A DNA stretch of 63,710 nucleotides, filler included, from Octopus bimaculoides (lineage: Eukaryota), in assembly GCF_001194135.2 (NCBI RefSeq). It is 5 parts of 5 records of this genome, joined end to end, with 100 filler letters (N's around TTAATTAATTAA, not from the genome) between each part and the next. Parts side by side here need not be neighbours in the genome. Positions count along the whole stretch, not along the records: positions 11,118 to 21,735 come from NC_068991.1; positions 21,836 to 36,119 come from NC_068981.1; 3 more parts are not named here. The stretch is one strand, 5' to 3'. Under the pieces are notes generated by a model. That model was not told the DNA's origin. It saw only the letters and a list, made by a program, of their open reading frames with translations, and searched no databases. The position numbers and the translations under genes were made by a program. This document shows, in pieces, positions 11,883 to 23,661 of this stretch. Each line of letters begins with the position of its first letter. Position 1 is the stretch's first letter.

Positions 11883-12498
11883 ATTCTCGAGTCAGCGTTT
11901 GTGGTGATTGCAGTCCCTGTATACATTTTTGTGCTTTTTCTAAAGCATTAAGAGCATTTTAGCTCTTATTTCTAGCATTGTAGGTGTCTGGACAACCTTA
12001 GTAACGTTCAGTGATGATTATATTTTTCATTTATTGTATCACATTTCGCCTAGCTGTTTATATTAGTATATATATATATATATATATATTGATTTACCTT
12101 CGTCCTCATTCCTTCTTTCCCGCACCTTTTCCATTCTTTTCTTTTCTCTCTTTCTCCTCTCGCTTCTATTCACTCACAACCCTTATCTGTCTATCATAAT
12201 GTTTGTCTTTCTGACTCTATATACCCGCATGGACCATTTCATACTAGTTAACTACTTGATCTATTCCTTCAATATGAACGCAATATTCAAAATACTGCCT
12301 GAATTTACCTAGGATTATACTTAAGGATCTATACCTTCATTGAAGTACCTCCATACCCTCTGGAAGAAGATGAGCTGTGAACTTCATTCTCCTGTCTGTA
12401 TTCTTCTATCTACTGCTTTACTCTTTATTCTTCTATCTAGTATTTTATTCCTTTATAAACTGTGAATTCCCTGTCTAGAACTTTCTTACATATTCAGC

Positions 12499-12577
12499 AT
12501 GTCTCTGATGACGGAATACCAGTTTATAGAGATGCTAACCTATCACTTGGGATATCCAAGAAACAGCTGTAAGGCAT
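12499..12577 (+). ncRNA. Type I hammerhead-like motif
   Basis: Stem I ATGTCT/AGGCAT; CTGATGA 12505-12511; GAAA 12560-12563; palindromic ACAGCTGT; GUA 12569-12571; stem II poorly paired. Confidence 0.6.
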
Positions 12578-12729
12578 CCAATAATTAATTAATTAACTAA
12601 TTAATTGATTAAGTACCTCAAGTTCACCTTACTCTAATTGAATATTCTAAATGATTTGAGATACTCGTCCTGCCTTGGTTTTTGTTGTCCTTTTTCCTCT
12701 AATACATTTATGTTTATTAATATTTAGGA

Positions 12730-13015
12730 AAGAAAAGCCAAAAGCAAAATTGAATAACCAAACTGTTGGAATTATTACATCCTTTTCAGATGACATAGGA
12801 ATAAAATATGGCTAAAATATGTTCGTACTTAAGTGTTTAACGTGGAAAATCAGTTTCCGAACTCAGAACCTGTGTATCAACGGTCTGTCTCTAACTCTTT
12901 TGTTCGACACAAAGGAAGCTACCTAGGATTAATGAAAGCGTATCATACAAAGGTGCTATGAATAAAGGTAGATGGACTCAAGAAGATTATAACCAAACTT
13001 AGAAAAATATGGCAG
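12730..13015 (+). mobile_element. Decayed R4/Dong-like RT fragment
   Basis: LNNQTVGIITSFSDDIGIKYG* and GSYLGLMK resemble FSDDIGMKFGLDKC and YKYLG motifs; several stops. Confidence 0.5.
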
Positions 13016-13405
13016 TACCAGTGGGACTGATTCGTAGAGGAAATCCTCTCAATAGACATTAAAATCAGTAAGATTCTGACATCCATTCTATTTGTATATG
13101 TCTCTGTCCCTTGATTGCTGGAGGTAGGTTAGCACGTTTGTCAAGCAGATGACACTTACCTAGACATAGGCAGGTCAATCACTGCACTCTTATCTCCAGA
13201 AATCATCCTGTCTATTTAGTTAACGACATGTCAACTTCGGAAGAATTCCTGATTCTTGCGATTATCTTCCCTTATCATATCAATTGATAATTTTCCACAC
13301 ACACACACACACATCATCATCATCATGATCATGTTGAACTGTTAAAAGTAACATTTTTTTTCTCTCCCCATTTATTCATTCTCTCTCCAATTTTTGCTCT
13401 CAACC

Positions 13406-13441
13406 CTTTCTGTCGAAGAGCGTAGGCTGGAAACGTCAAAG
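13406..13441 (+). ncRNA. Mini-hammerhead variant (CUGUCGA core) in a Penelope-like repeat
   Basis: Stem I CTTT/AAAG; CTGTCGA 13410-13416; stem II GAGC-GTAG-GCTG; GAAA-CGTC with ACGT palindrome; sister copy at 55811. Confidence 0.6.
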
Positions 13442-14261
13442 ATTTTCCCATTCTTCTCGAGCGTCAAACTAATACACCTGTAAGTTGCTCCCTCACCTAT
13501 TTTTGTCTTTTGTCTTATGTAAACTTGAACTATATATATATATATNNNNNNNNNNNNNNNNNNNNNNNNNNNNNNNNNNNNNNNNNNNNNNNNNNNNNNN
13601 NNNNNNNNNNNNNNNNNNNNNNNNNNNNNNNNNNNNNNNNNNNNNNNNNNNNNNNNNNNNNNNNNNNNNNNNNNNNNNNNNNNNNNNNNNNNNNNNNNNN
13701 NNNNNNNNNNNNNNNNNNNNNNNNNNNNNNNNNNNNNNNNNNNNNNNNNNNNNNNNNNNNNNNNNNNNNNNNNNNNNNNNNNNNNNNNNNNNNNNNNNNN
13801 NNNNNNNNNNNNNNNNNNNNNNNNNNNNNNNNNNNNNNNNNNNNNNNNNNNNNNNNNNNNNNNNGGGCGTGCTAGAAGTAGCAACCAAATCTTTAGAGCT
13901 GAGATACGTTGAATGCACTCAAAACAAAAAAAACAAAAAAAACCGATGGAAAAAAATTATTTCACACCGAGGTTACAAACTGGTCTTTCACGAAATATTT
14001 ACCGTATCTTTGAATTCTTTTTCACTTTAGAATATTTTTACATATGCCAAAAACAATTTTTGTAATGGTACTCACTTGAAAATAATAAAAAAAAAACATT
14101 AAGATATTGTCTGTTTAAAGAAATCTAAAATATAAATACTTACTGTACAAACGACTTACATTTTTGAAATTACATTCACTTAAAAATATTTCTAAATGAT
14201 TAAAATATTGTGTGTGTCAAAAAGTCTACTTTTTTCCTAGAGTATGATAGAGAGAGAGAGT

Positions 14262-14299
<38 letters not shown>

Positions 14300-15456
14300 T
14301 AGAGCCCAAAGACTATGTGTGTGTATATATGTCACAAATAGCGTACGTGTGTTTGTGTTGATTCACATGCCATGACATTCATTATATGTGTGTGTATTCT
14401 GTATGTGTGTGTGTGTTGACGTCACGGAATCCATATAAACGTATAAATATTTGTGTATGTGTATATATACATATATGCACATACCCTATTGACCTCTTAT
14501 CCCTTATAAATTGTTATTTTTCTTGTTCTTAAATAGATATTTTTCAGTTACTTAAGTCTATGCGAGATGGTTGTACTATATCTATATAAATGTATAAATA
14601 TTTGTGTATGTGCGCATGCGTGCACATATATAAATGTGTGATTTTTTTATTGCCCACAAGGGGCCAACCCAGAGGGGACATATATAAATGTGTGTGTATC
14701 TGTACACATCTTTATTTTCTCTGATTCATGGTTTAAAATTAATATATAGATAGCATGTTTATCTTTCCAGTTACTTCATAAGTAAATGTCTTGAACAATC
14801 TTTATAGAAATCACCTAATATGTAATTAATTAAATACATGAATAAATATTAAACTGATTCTATGTAATCTTTTCTTTTTAATGTTTATAATTGATATATA
14901 CACACATTTTACCTATTTTGGTTATGATATCATTTTTGAAAATCTTAAATTTAATTTTGTATACAACATAACAATATTGTTTATAAACGATCACCCATAG
15001 TACCCCCCAATAAAATTTCCTCTGTATTAATATTTTAGGTTTCTTAGCATGTTGCCCTTTTCAACTGGTAATTAACATGATTTAAAGTCTTCCCCTAACA
15101 AGCCTCTTTTTATAGACAGTTACTTTATATCCGATTGACTACTCTTCTTTCCTCCCTGGGGAAAAGGGATACATATGACAATATTTATGACGATACCTAG
15201 CCATGAGCTGTCAACTCACTCTTGTTCTTCATTCAAAATGGACACAGTCTTTTAGTCTTAGATTTAGTAGTTGCTAAAGAGATAAATGAATTAGAAATGA
15301 ATTACAATCCTTTACAACACTATGACCCCAATAGGCTTCATGTGATTCTTAGCTACATAGCGACAATGTGAATTTCTTCCATTTTCTTGATCTGTTAAAA
15401 TATTTGAGAAAAATTATATTAATGTGTCCAACTGGTTAAATTCTAGTTATTTATTT

Positions 15457-15544
15457 GTGCAGCTGAAGATGGCATCGCATTTAAATTGATGTAATGATTG
15501 CACTGTTCAATTAAATGGAGGCACTTGAAACGGTCGTACTGCAT
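15457..15544 (+). ncRNA. Type I hammerhead-like motif with extended stem II
   Basis: Stem I GTGCAG/CTGCAT; CTGAAGA 15463-15469; inner helix CATTTAAATTGA (15478-15489)/TCAATTAAATG (15507-15517); GAAA 15527-15530; ACGGTCGT; GUA 15536-15538. Confidence 0.55.
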
Positions 15545-15841
15545 CATTACTTGATATCCTGTTGCCTATTNNNNNNNNNNNNNNNNNNNNNNNNNNNNNN
15601 NNNNNNNNNNNNNNNNNNNNNNNNNNNNNNNNNNNNNNNNNNNNNNNNNNNNNNNNNNNNNNNNNNNNNNNNNNNNNNNNNNNNNNNNNNNNNNNNNNNN
15701 NNNNNNNNNNNNNNNNNNNNNNNNNNNNNNNNNNNNNNNNNNNNNNNNNNNNNNNNNNNNNNNNNNNNNNNNNNNNNNNNNNNNNNNNNNNNNNNNNNNN
15801 NNNNNNNNNNNNNNNNNNNNNNNNNNNNNNNNNNNNNNNNN

Positions 15842-15912
<71 letters not shown>

Positions 15913-17138
15913 CAGAATAATAAAAGGAAGGGAGAAAGTTAATGCTAAACTGGAAAGAATAAGAGAGAAATGAATATTTGCGAAAGAGATGAATGGGATG
16001 TGGTGAAACAAAGTGTGTTGAAGTATAAATATAGAGATGGGTGTAGAAAGTAAAAGCGATAGAGGTGTAGACAGAGGAAATACAGGATATTCATTCACAC
16101 ATGTATACATATGCAAGATGCGTATGCACAGATAACAGCATAGACACACAGACAGAATTAGATAGAGAATGGTAGAGTGAAAGAGAGAGAGAGACAGGAG
16201 AGAGAGGGAGTGAGAGAGAATGAAGAGAAAACGAGAGAGGAAAATGTGGTGATGTGTATGCTTAGAGCTAACAACCAATTGTTATAGTTTTCTAAAGAAG
16301 AACGATTTCTTTTACTTGAAATACCAGCAAAAACCGACAATGCCATAATGACAGCTTTTCTCCTCATATCTTTTTCATTAATATTTTAAAATTTTGCATC
16401 GGAATTTTAATGTTTATTACTGTAAAACACATTGCTTCATTCTTCAATTTCCTTAATGTTTACCAAGAAGAATACGAAAGAATACCACTCGATATTCAAT
16501 ATTTAGGAGGTCGAAGATGATTGCAAAGACGGAAGTGATAGAAAGTTATGGGTAAATGATTTAGAATGTATAATTTTAGTAACTCTCGATTGATAGTCGA
16601 AATATTTCTGAGATTATATGGAGTTTCGTGGCTCAGATCAATCAAAACATATCAAGAATAAACTGGAATATCTCCATCAAAACCAAATAAAAATATAATC
16701 AACCGCAAATCTTTTATTGGTTTCATTCATCATTTTGTGTCCATATTGGGGTACCACCTTCGAGGGCTTTAATCAATAATATCGATCCAGGTATAGTCCA
16801 TTACTTATTTTACGGAACTCTAATACTTAATTTCCCCCATGGTATTACTGGTATAAATATAACATTTATTCACCTACCTACCTACCTATCTACCTACCTA
16901 CCGACTTTGACAAATTTGTTTGGAAAAAAAACAGGAAGAAGCGGCTCAAAAGTAAGGTGAAAAACATGAATAACATCCTGCGGGTCGGTAGTGAACTCCT
17001 CAAGAAACATTCATTTTCTGATGAATTCCCCACGTGAATCAAGAAGTGCAGGATTAGCATAGACCAGTAAAGACTGAGAAGAGAAACACTATACATACCA
17101 CAAAATGTTTATACATCTTGAGAAAGATGACAATATTG

Positions 17139-17303
17139 ATTTCAAATTTTGGCACAAGGCCAGCAATTTCAGGGGTGGGGATAAACTGGTATTAATTTTA
17201 TCGACCCCGAAAGAATGAAAAGTAAAGATGACCTCGGCGAAACATGATCTCAGAACGTAAAGATAGATTTTGCTCGAGTTGCTAATGATTCTGACAACTC
17301 GCC
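17139..17303 (-). mobile_element. SINE family B variant, internally deleted
   Basis: TTCAAATTTTGGCACAAGGCCAGCAATTT tail, ATCGACCCCGAAAGAATGAAA core, GCTAATGATTCTG-CA-CTCGCC head. Confidence 0.8.
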
Positions 17304-17434
17304 TCTTTAAGGAGGATGATAATATTAACCAGAAATGTTACCTTCTCTTAGACATCTGACAGCTACTTCACATCACTTCTGAAAGTTACACTTTTGAAAT
17401 CCAAGAACAAGATATAGCTAAGATAAGAATTCAG

Positions 17435-17990
17435 CAGCTGCCAAAAAATAAGTGTTATCAAGGTGTGACCTCACATTGCGATATACAATGTTATCTGCAG
17501 AAAAGACTGCCTTGAGACAAATATTAACGAAACCTCTGCTGTTGAATACAAACATATATATCAACACAAGGAACATTGATGAAATATTCATATCAAAACA
17601 TAACCAGTTTGATATAGTTATTGCAAGAGAAGAGAAAAATATCCTATACAGTCAAAAAGAGGAGAAGACCAAAGGATGTGATCATCACTTCTGAAGACAG
17701 CAAAAAAGAGAATATGTATGGACTTCTTCGAAAGCTACAACTCCTCTAACTTGATCATATGCTCACATTAATACCAATAATTACTGGTGCACTTGGTTAT
17801 ATTATGTATAAGTGACGATCTGTGAAAAGTAGGATTTCCAGATTAGGAAAAGATTCGATAACACACACTTTACAGGCACTGTCTGTGAGAGAAACAGTAT
17901 AAATATGTAAGACGTTTCCAAAGTTCTACATGTAAAACTTATTGTTGTTTTTATCTAAATTCCAGCGATGCAGCTTTAGCGCAACGAGTC
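17435..17990 (+). mobile_element. Old copy of the RLE-type LINE 3' region
   Basis: Decayed YNVICRKDC-ETNINETSAVEYKH, HNQFDIVI, IPIITGALGY, ICKTFPKF; 3' UTR homologous to 9860-9930. Confidence 0.7.
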
Positions 17991-19284
17991 CGTTTCCCTG
18001 AATATGTTAGTTAGAAGATAAGTTCCCTGTCACGTATGGGAGTTGTGGAGTACTTCAGCGTGTGTATTCGCTCATGAAGAGAATCTCCATGCTTCCGAAC
18101 TGTTTCCTCCTGGCCACGTGATCTGCATTTGATCATATTTATGTGAGGGTTCATTTCACGTGGATGTGTGTCGTTGCTACTAGGCATCGTGTTGTAGCCA
18201 ACACACAGTGATACCCTACCATCTCCGCAGTTGCTGCCAAACGTCGACTGGAATGACAACTTGTGCTTTCTTTCCATTATCTTTAAAAATTGTTTCGTTC
18301 GTGTCAGCGTGTCAACTTGTCATTTATGGAAAGCGAGAAGTATTGTGTTGATTTTGCTGCTATTCCAGCAAATGATTGCCTACTCGTCCTATCACCTCCA
18401 TCAATTACTTTGTGATCGCCATTATTCTTGTTGTTGATGTTGTTGTTGCTCTTTATGTCGCTATTGTAGTTGTTGTTGCTGCTGTTGTTGCTGCTGTTGT
18501 TGCTGCTGTTGTTGCTGATGCTGTTGCGTTTATCCTTGTTGCTGCTGGTGTCGTGTTGTTAAAATTGCTTATTCTTGTTGTTTGCTCTCGTGCAAGCTTG
18601 TTGCATTGTGAGGAAATTTTCTCGCCACTTCCTCGATGAATCTGATGGTGAGTGTTGTCGCCACCTTTATTCCAACCAGACGAAAAGAACAGACGGAAGC
18701 CAATAAATATTCCGAAAATTGTGTTCTTTGATAAAAAAAATCTGAAAAAAGGACAACTATATCCACGTCTCTAAGGCCTGTTCATTGGAATATAATTTAG
18801 ATTATCCCCTTTACTTTCCACTTCAGCAGATCTTTCTAATTCTGTTACTAATTTCAGTTGGTACGGTGCTGCTCTACTGAACGTTAATTTAAAAAAAAAA
18901 TATAATGTGTGCTTTAAAGTGTCTTGCCCAAACTACCGACAGAAAAACTGAACGGAATAAAGTGAAAGAGAAAGTGAGGTTGGGTTTAGTATCAATGAAA
19001 AAACATAATCAGCCATGTCAGTCCACCCAAACAGAATAACAGTCGACCATTTTCAACATTCTACAACCCGTGGCCTACTACTAAGCAGTATGTATCACAT
19101 TCTTCTGTCAGTATGTGTAGATGATTAGCTGTGCAGATGCCCAGACGCTATTTTAACATCTGAACGTTCGACTAAAGCTTTTCCACCGACAAAACCTCCT
19201 AAATGAACAAATCCCTTCATACAATTGGCCTGATCATTTTTTTTTTGTCTGGAAGACTGTATATATTTAGAGGTGATGGCTCAC

Positions 19285-19375
19285 GAACAAGTAAACAAAG
19301 TCAGTGTATTAGTATTTTAGACTGTGAGGATAAATAATAAATTTTAACGTTTCGAACAAGAAGCCTTTAGCCAAG
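19285..19375 (-). mobile_element. Decayed copy of the CUGUCGA-hammerhead repeat family
   Basis: Minus strand GAAACGTT followed by AAAATACTAATACAC-TG-TTGTTTAC, as in 13430-13500. Confidence 0.45.
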
Positions 19376-20007
19376 ATAAATAAGAAACAAAAACTAAAAA
19401 AGAAAAGAAAAAGAGAAGGAAGAAAGAATCTTCCTGCAGTTGAAGAACTATTCATGTTTTTTTTCTCCGACAATTATACATCAACAATTCAAAAAGACCA
19501 TAAACTGCATTACACCTAGCAATTTATCCCAATCCACTGAATTTAGAATTGTCTGGAATGTGCTCTGTTTCACTTCTTTCTTATAACCCTACCTCTTCAG
19601 ATATATCAATACGGTGTTGAACCATTCAGTACTTCTTGCTCAATGTATAAAAAGTTCTTTTTTATTAGTGCTGAGACGAATAAAGAAATTAAGTAAGCTG
19701 AAATAAAAGGACAATGAAATTGATAGGTTTGAAATGAAAGGAATATGTGATTACTTATTTACATGTCTTTGATGTTATTCTCCAAAATTGTCATCAGAAA
19801 GTTCTTCTCCTGTCATTGATGAAATGTAATTTCTCAAAAATTAAGTGGCTTGAAAGAAATTAACAGGAACTTTTATCTCGAAGTTAGGACCTATTGGCAG
19901 ATTCCGTGACTTCCCATTCCTTATGGTTACTATAAACGTGTTGTAAAGCATAGCGAATGTGTTAAATATTTCACTATCTGGATAGGTCCGATAGTTGATG
20001 ATGATAA

Positions 20008-20042
20008 TTTTGTTGTTGTTGTTGTTGTTGTTATTGTTGTTT

Positions 20043-20074
<32 letters not shown>

Positions 20075-20158
20075 CTTCTTCTTCTTCTTCTTCTTCTTCT
20101 TCTTCTTCTTCTTCTTCTTCTTCTTCTTCTTCTTCTTCTTCTTCTTCTTCTTCTTCTT
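20008..20158. repeat. (GTT)n-(CTT)n compound trinucleotide repeat
   Basis: Direct reading. Confidence 0.97.
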
Positions 20159-20233
20159 CTAAAAAACTCAGGTTCGGTCTTATTCCTGGTAGGAATTATG
20201 TGGATAGCAGGTTACTACCAGTAACCTTAGGTC

Positions 20234-20244
<11 letters not shown>

Positions 20245-20277
<33 letters not shown>

Positions 20278-20398
20278 GCATTTCTCTTTATTACAGGTTT
20301 TGTTGGAGCTCCTGGAGTCTTGCATGCGTAGCGGGCTTGCTACCTGCAGCCTACGGTACCATGATATCCGTTCTCTTCAGTTATCTAATACTTCCCTG

Positions 20399-20400
<2 letters not shown>
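20245..20400 (-). mobile_element. 3' tip of an R4/Dong-like element with (TAA)n tail
   Basis: Minus strand REVLDN*, short UTR, then (TAA)n; bounded by (TTA)n on both sides. Confidence 0.55.
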
Positions 20401-20440
<40 letters not shown>

Positions 20441-21445
20441 TTATGTTTGACTTTTGTTTTGCATTTGTACAAGTTGGATCCAAGTCTCACCCAGAGACCT
20501 CAAGAGACAACAAGTTAGAAGTTCATGTAGGTGTTATGCTTAGGGTACCATATATTTGGATTTGTACATAGTGTTGTTCTAAAGAATGTTTAAGAAACCA
20601 TAAGAAAACTGTTTGTTTTAAAATTTGAGATCACATAGATAGTATTTTACGTAGGATATGGGCAGTTCCTATGAGCACTATCTTTTGAACTTCAGCCATT
20701 TTGGGGTTTCCTGGTATCTGAGCTAGGTAGTAATCAGCCCGTTTCGCTGTCATTCCCTGGGCACCTATGACAATAGGNNNNNNNNNNNNNNNNNNNNNNN
20801 NNNNNNNNNNNNNNNNNNNNNNNNNNNNNNNNNNNNNNNNNNNNNNNNNNNNNNNNNNNNNNNNNNNNNNNNNNNNNNNNNNNNNNNNNNNNNNNNNNNN
20901 NNNNNNNNNNNNNNNNNNNNNNNNNNNNNNNNNNNNNNNNNNNNNNNNNNNNNNNNNNNNNNNNNNNNNNNNNNNNNNNNNNNNNNNNNNNNNNNNNNNN
21001 NNNNNNNNNNNNNNNNNNNNNNNNNNNNNNNNNNNNNNNNNNNNNNNNNNNNNNNNNNNNNNNNNNNNNNNNNNNNNNNNNNNNNNNNNNNNNNNNNNNN
21101 NGTATTGTTTTAGTCTTCAGGTTCCACATTTTGCTAATTTCTATTTCAAGATCTTTATATTTGCTCAGTTTTTGGTAGGTCTTGACAGATACGTTTATAT
21201 CGATTGGGACAGTCATATCAATGAGGAGGCATGATTTTTGTCTGAAGTCTTTCAGTATGATGACTGGCCTATTTGCATCTATATTTCTGTCAGTTTGACT
21301 GGTGAAGTTCCAGAGGAGTGCAATGTGATCATTTTCAAGTACTGGGGTGGTTTGTGTTCCCACCAGTTTTTATCATGGGGCAAGTCCAGGTTTTTGCATA
21401 TTACCCAGTGAATATATTGTGCGGCTCTATCATGCCTGTTGAGAG
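20401..21445 (-). mobile_element. R4/Dong-like non-LTR retrotransposon, C-terminal RLE domain + 3' UTR + (TAA)n tail
   Basis: RHDRAAQYIHWVICKNL; LLWNFTSQTDRNIDANRPVIILKD..CLLIDMTVPIDINVSVKTYQKLSKYKDLEIEISKMWNLKTKTI / PIVIGAQGM...QKIVLIGTAHILRKILSM*. Confidence 0.92.
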
Positions 21446-21470
21446 TGCTGCGAAGGACCCATATCTGCCT

Positions 21471-21735
21471 GGGAAGTACGGGAAACGATGAAAGGCTGCA
21501 CGAGAGGTAGATCGCCGGGTTTGGATGGTCTGCCTTACGAGCTTTATACGTCAATGCCAGACTTGTTTGCAGGCGTCTTGGCAAACGTCTACTGCAACTG
21601 GCAACAAAACGGGAGAATTCCTGCTTTTGTTTGTCGGGGAGTGGTGGCTTTGCTAAGAAAGGACCCAAACAAGGGGGACATTATAGGGAACTTTAGGCCC
21701 ATCACTCTGCTCAACACAGAGTTGAAGATCTTGGC
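21471..21735 (+). mobile_element. L1/Tx1-clade reverse transcriptase fragment
   Basis: GRSPGLDGLPYELY...GVVALLRKDPNKGDIIGNFRPITLLNTELKIL; open frame cut by a linker. Confidence 0.92.
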
Positions 21736-21835
21736 NNNNNNNNNNNNNNNNNNNNNNNNNNNNNNNNNNNNNNNNNNNNTTAATTAATTAANNNNNNNNN
21801 NNNNNNNNNNNNNNNNNNNNNNNNNNNNNNNNNNN
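21736..21835. other. Artificial scaffold join
   Basis: TTAATTAATTAA at 21780-21791 between two 44-N runs. Confidence 0.95.
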
Positions 21836-22014
21836 TTTATTTATCATAATAAGATAAGAAAATTGAGAGATAATTTATAAATTATTATTTATTAATTATC
21901 GCTCTAATTTCTTATATTATAATATATACATATATATACACACACCCACACACATACATACATACACACACATACACACGCACATATATATATGTATATA
22001 CATATATATATATA

Positions 22015-22220
22015 CGAGGGGTTGCTGAAAAGTTCCTGGTTTGGGGTTAAAGAAAATATAGGCAGATCAGTTAATTATGATTTTATTTAACATATTCCCC
22101 TCTTAGATTCACACACTTACTGCAGTTTTCCAAAGCCCTGTAAAAGAACTCAGAAGGTTGGGCCTCTAACCAGGCCTTTCACAATACCCTTAAAGCCAGG
22201 AACTTTTCAGCACTCCCTCG
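22015..22220. mobile_element. Tc1/mariner-type MITE
   Basis: TA + CGAGGGGTTGCTGAAAAGTTCCTGG ... CCAGGAACTTTTCAGCACTCCCTCG inverted termini; sister copy 44205-44420. Confidence 0.88.
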
Positions 22221-22344
22221 CTGAACTACAAAAGTGCAGATGACAGGCAGTTCTGGAGCATACTGTTCTGATTTGAGTAATATTGGAGATTTACAATATG
22301 ACATCACAACATACAAAAATGATAAAGTAGGAGAAAGAGAGAGA

Positions 22345-22392
<48 letters not shown>

Positions 22393-22472
22393 AGATAGTC
22401 AAGCAGACAGGCAGACAGAATTCAATGTGTTTCGTGATTGTAGAATATTTCTTATGTGTTTTGTTATTGTAG

Positions 22473-22565
22473 ACTATCTGCATTGTCTATTTTCTATTGT
22501 GGTCAGTGAAATAACAAGCTCAGATAGATTTAATAAACAAGACGGATCTCATAATGCCAATGTTG
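22473..22565 (+). CDS. Candidate internal exon A (phase 1-1) of an unidentified gene
   Basis: Acceptor TGTTTTGTTATTGTAG; open frame YLHCLFSIVVSEITSSDRFNKQDGSHNANV; weak donor GTGTCT. Confidence 0.22.
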
Positions 22566-22721
22566 GTGTCTCCTAAAACATTGATGTCATAAAATGAATG
22601 TTATTAAGATCAGGTGTTTGTGAAGAAAACATGACCATTATTATATCAAAACAGAAATTTTCAAAAGAATAAGCCCTCACCTTTTTTTCCCTTTCTCTCT
22701 TTAAATAATACAATAACTAGT

Positions 22722-23096
22722 GAGCTGTGCATGTAGTCAAAGCTTGCTTCCCGACCAATTGGTTCTGGATTCAGTCCCACTGCATGGCACTTTGAGCAAG
22801 TGTCTTCTGTTATAGACTTGGGTTGGCCAAAGCTTTGAGAATGAATTTAGTAAATTTATAAGAAGCCCATTTTATATACATACATACATACACATACATA
22901 CGTTTATATATGTATATATATAAACATGTATAAATATATATGTGTGTATGTGTGTGTATAAACACACAAGTATATGTATGTGGCTGTGTGGTAAGAAGCG
23001 TGCTTCCCAACCACATGGTTCCGAGTTCACTCCCACTACATGGCACCTTGGGCAAGTGTCTTCTACTATAGCCTCAGGCTGACCAAAGCTTTGTGA
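22722..23096 (+). mobile_element. Two tandem CpG-decayed SINE family A heads
   Basis: 22722-22870 and 22976-23096 both contain TCCCACT-CATGGCAC-TTG-GCAAGTGTCTTCT. Confidence 0.85.
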
Positions 23097-23257
23097 CAAA
23101 TAGAATAACATAAGTTTCAAATTTTGGCACAAGGCTAGCAATTTCAGATGAGGGTATAAGTCAATTACATCAACCCCAGTGTTCAACTGGTACTTGTTTT
23201 ATTGATCACAAAAGGACAAAAGGCCAAGTCAGCCTCAGTGGACAAACAGAATATTAA

Positions 23258-23477
23258 CCCTTTAGCATTCAAACCAGCCATATCAGACCCAAATATTCTA
23301 CTTGTTTTGTGTGTGAACTGACCAGCTCATGCCTCTCACAACTACCCTGCAATGTCATTCTGAAAGTAAACAAGTATCATCATCAAAATACAAAGTTACA
23401 AGACAGTGTATGATTAATTAAAAACAATGTGTATAAATAAGCTATATATTTGACAGACTGATCTGAATACTAAAGGA
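23258..23477. mobile_element. piggyBac-type MITE
   Basis: TTAA + CCCTTTAGCATTC start and decayed GAATACTAAAGG end; related partial copy in opposite orientation at 28330-28462. Confidence 0.6.
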
Positions 23478-23506
23478 GTAATGATTGGTTATGTATATGT
23501 ACACAG

Positions 23507-23581
23507 GAAAGGAAGATTCACTGGAATGTCTTATTTTCAACATTGCTGGCTTAATATGTTCCCTAAATGTTTTTAATGATG
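23507..23581 (+). CDS. Candidate internal exon B (phase 1-1)
   Basis: ACACAG acceptor; KEDSLECLIFNIAGLICSLNVFND; donor G|GTATTG. Confidence 0.33.
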
Positions 23582-23661
23582 GTATTGAGAAGTGACAGGT
23601 GTCACAAAGAAACATTCTTTATCACACAGCCATGTCTGTATCTATTAGGTTGTTCAGAAAA

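Larger units (their letters stand above)
11140..12020 (+). repeat. Two tandem hammerhead-bearing monomers (pLTR/retrozyme-like) separated by a SINE insertion
   Basis: 11140-11371 aligns with 11762-11977; cleavage sites 617 nt apart, about 280 nt after removing the SINE. Confidence 0.8.

Noticed and set aside
18030-18330. Possible Tc1/mariner catalytic remnant (WLQHDA, ITWP)
   Set aside because: Only two short motifs among many stops.
18450-18742. Minus-strand acceptor with about 100 open codons
   Set aside because: Open frame runs into a trinucleotide repeat, with no donor and no recognisable domain.
19767-19801. Minus-strand CTGATGA with CTTT/AAAG stem I
   Set aside because: GAGA instead of GAAA, 2-bp stem II and no stem III pairing.
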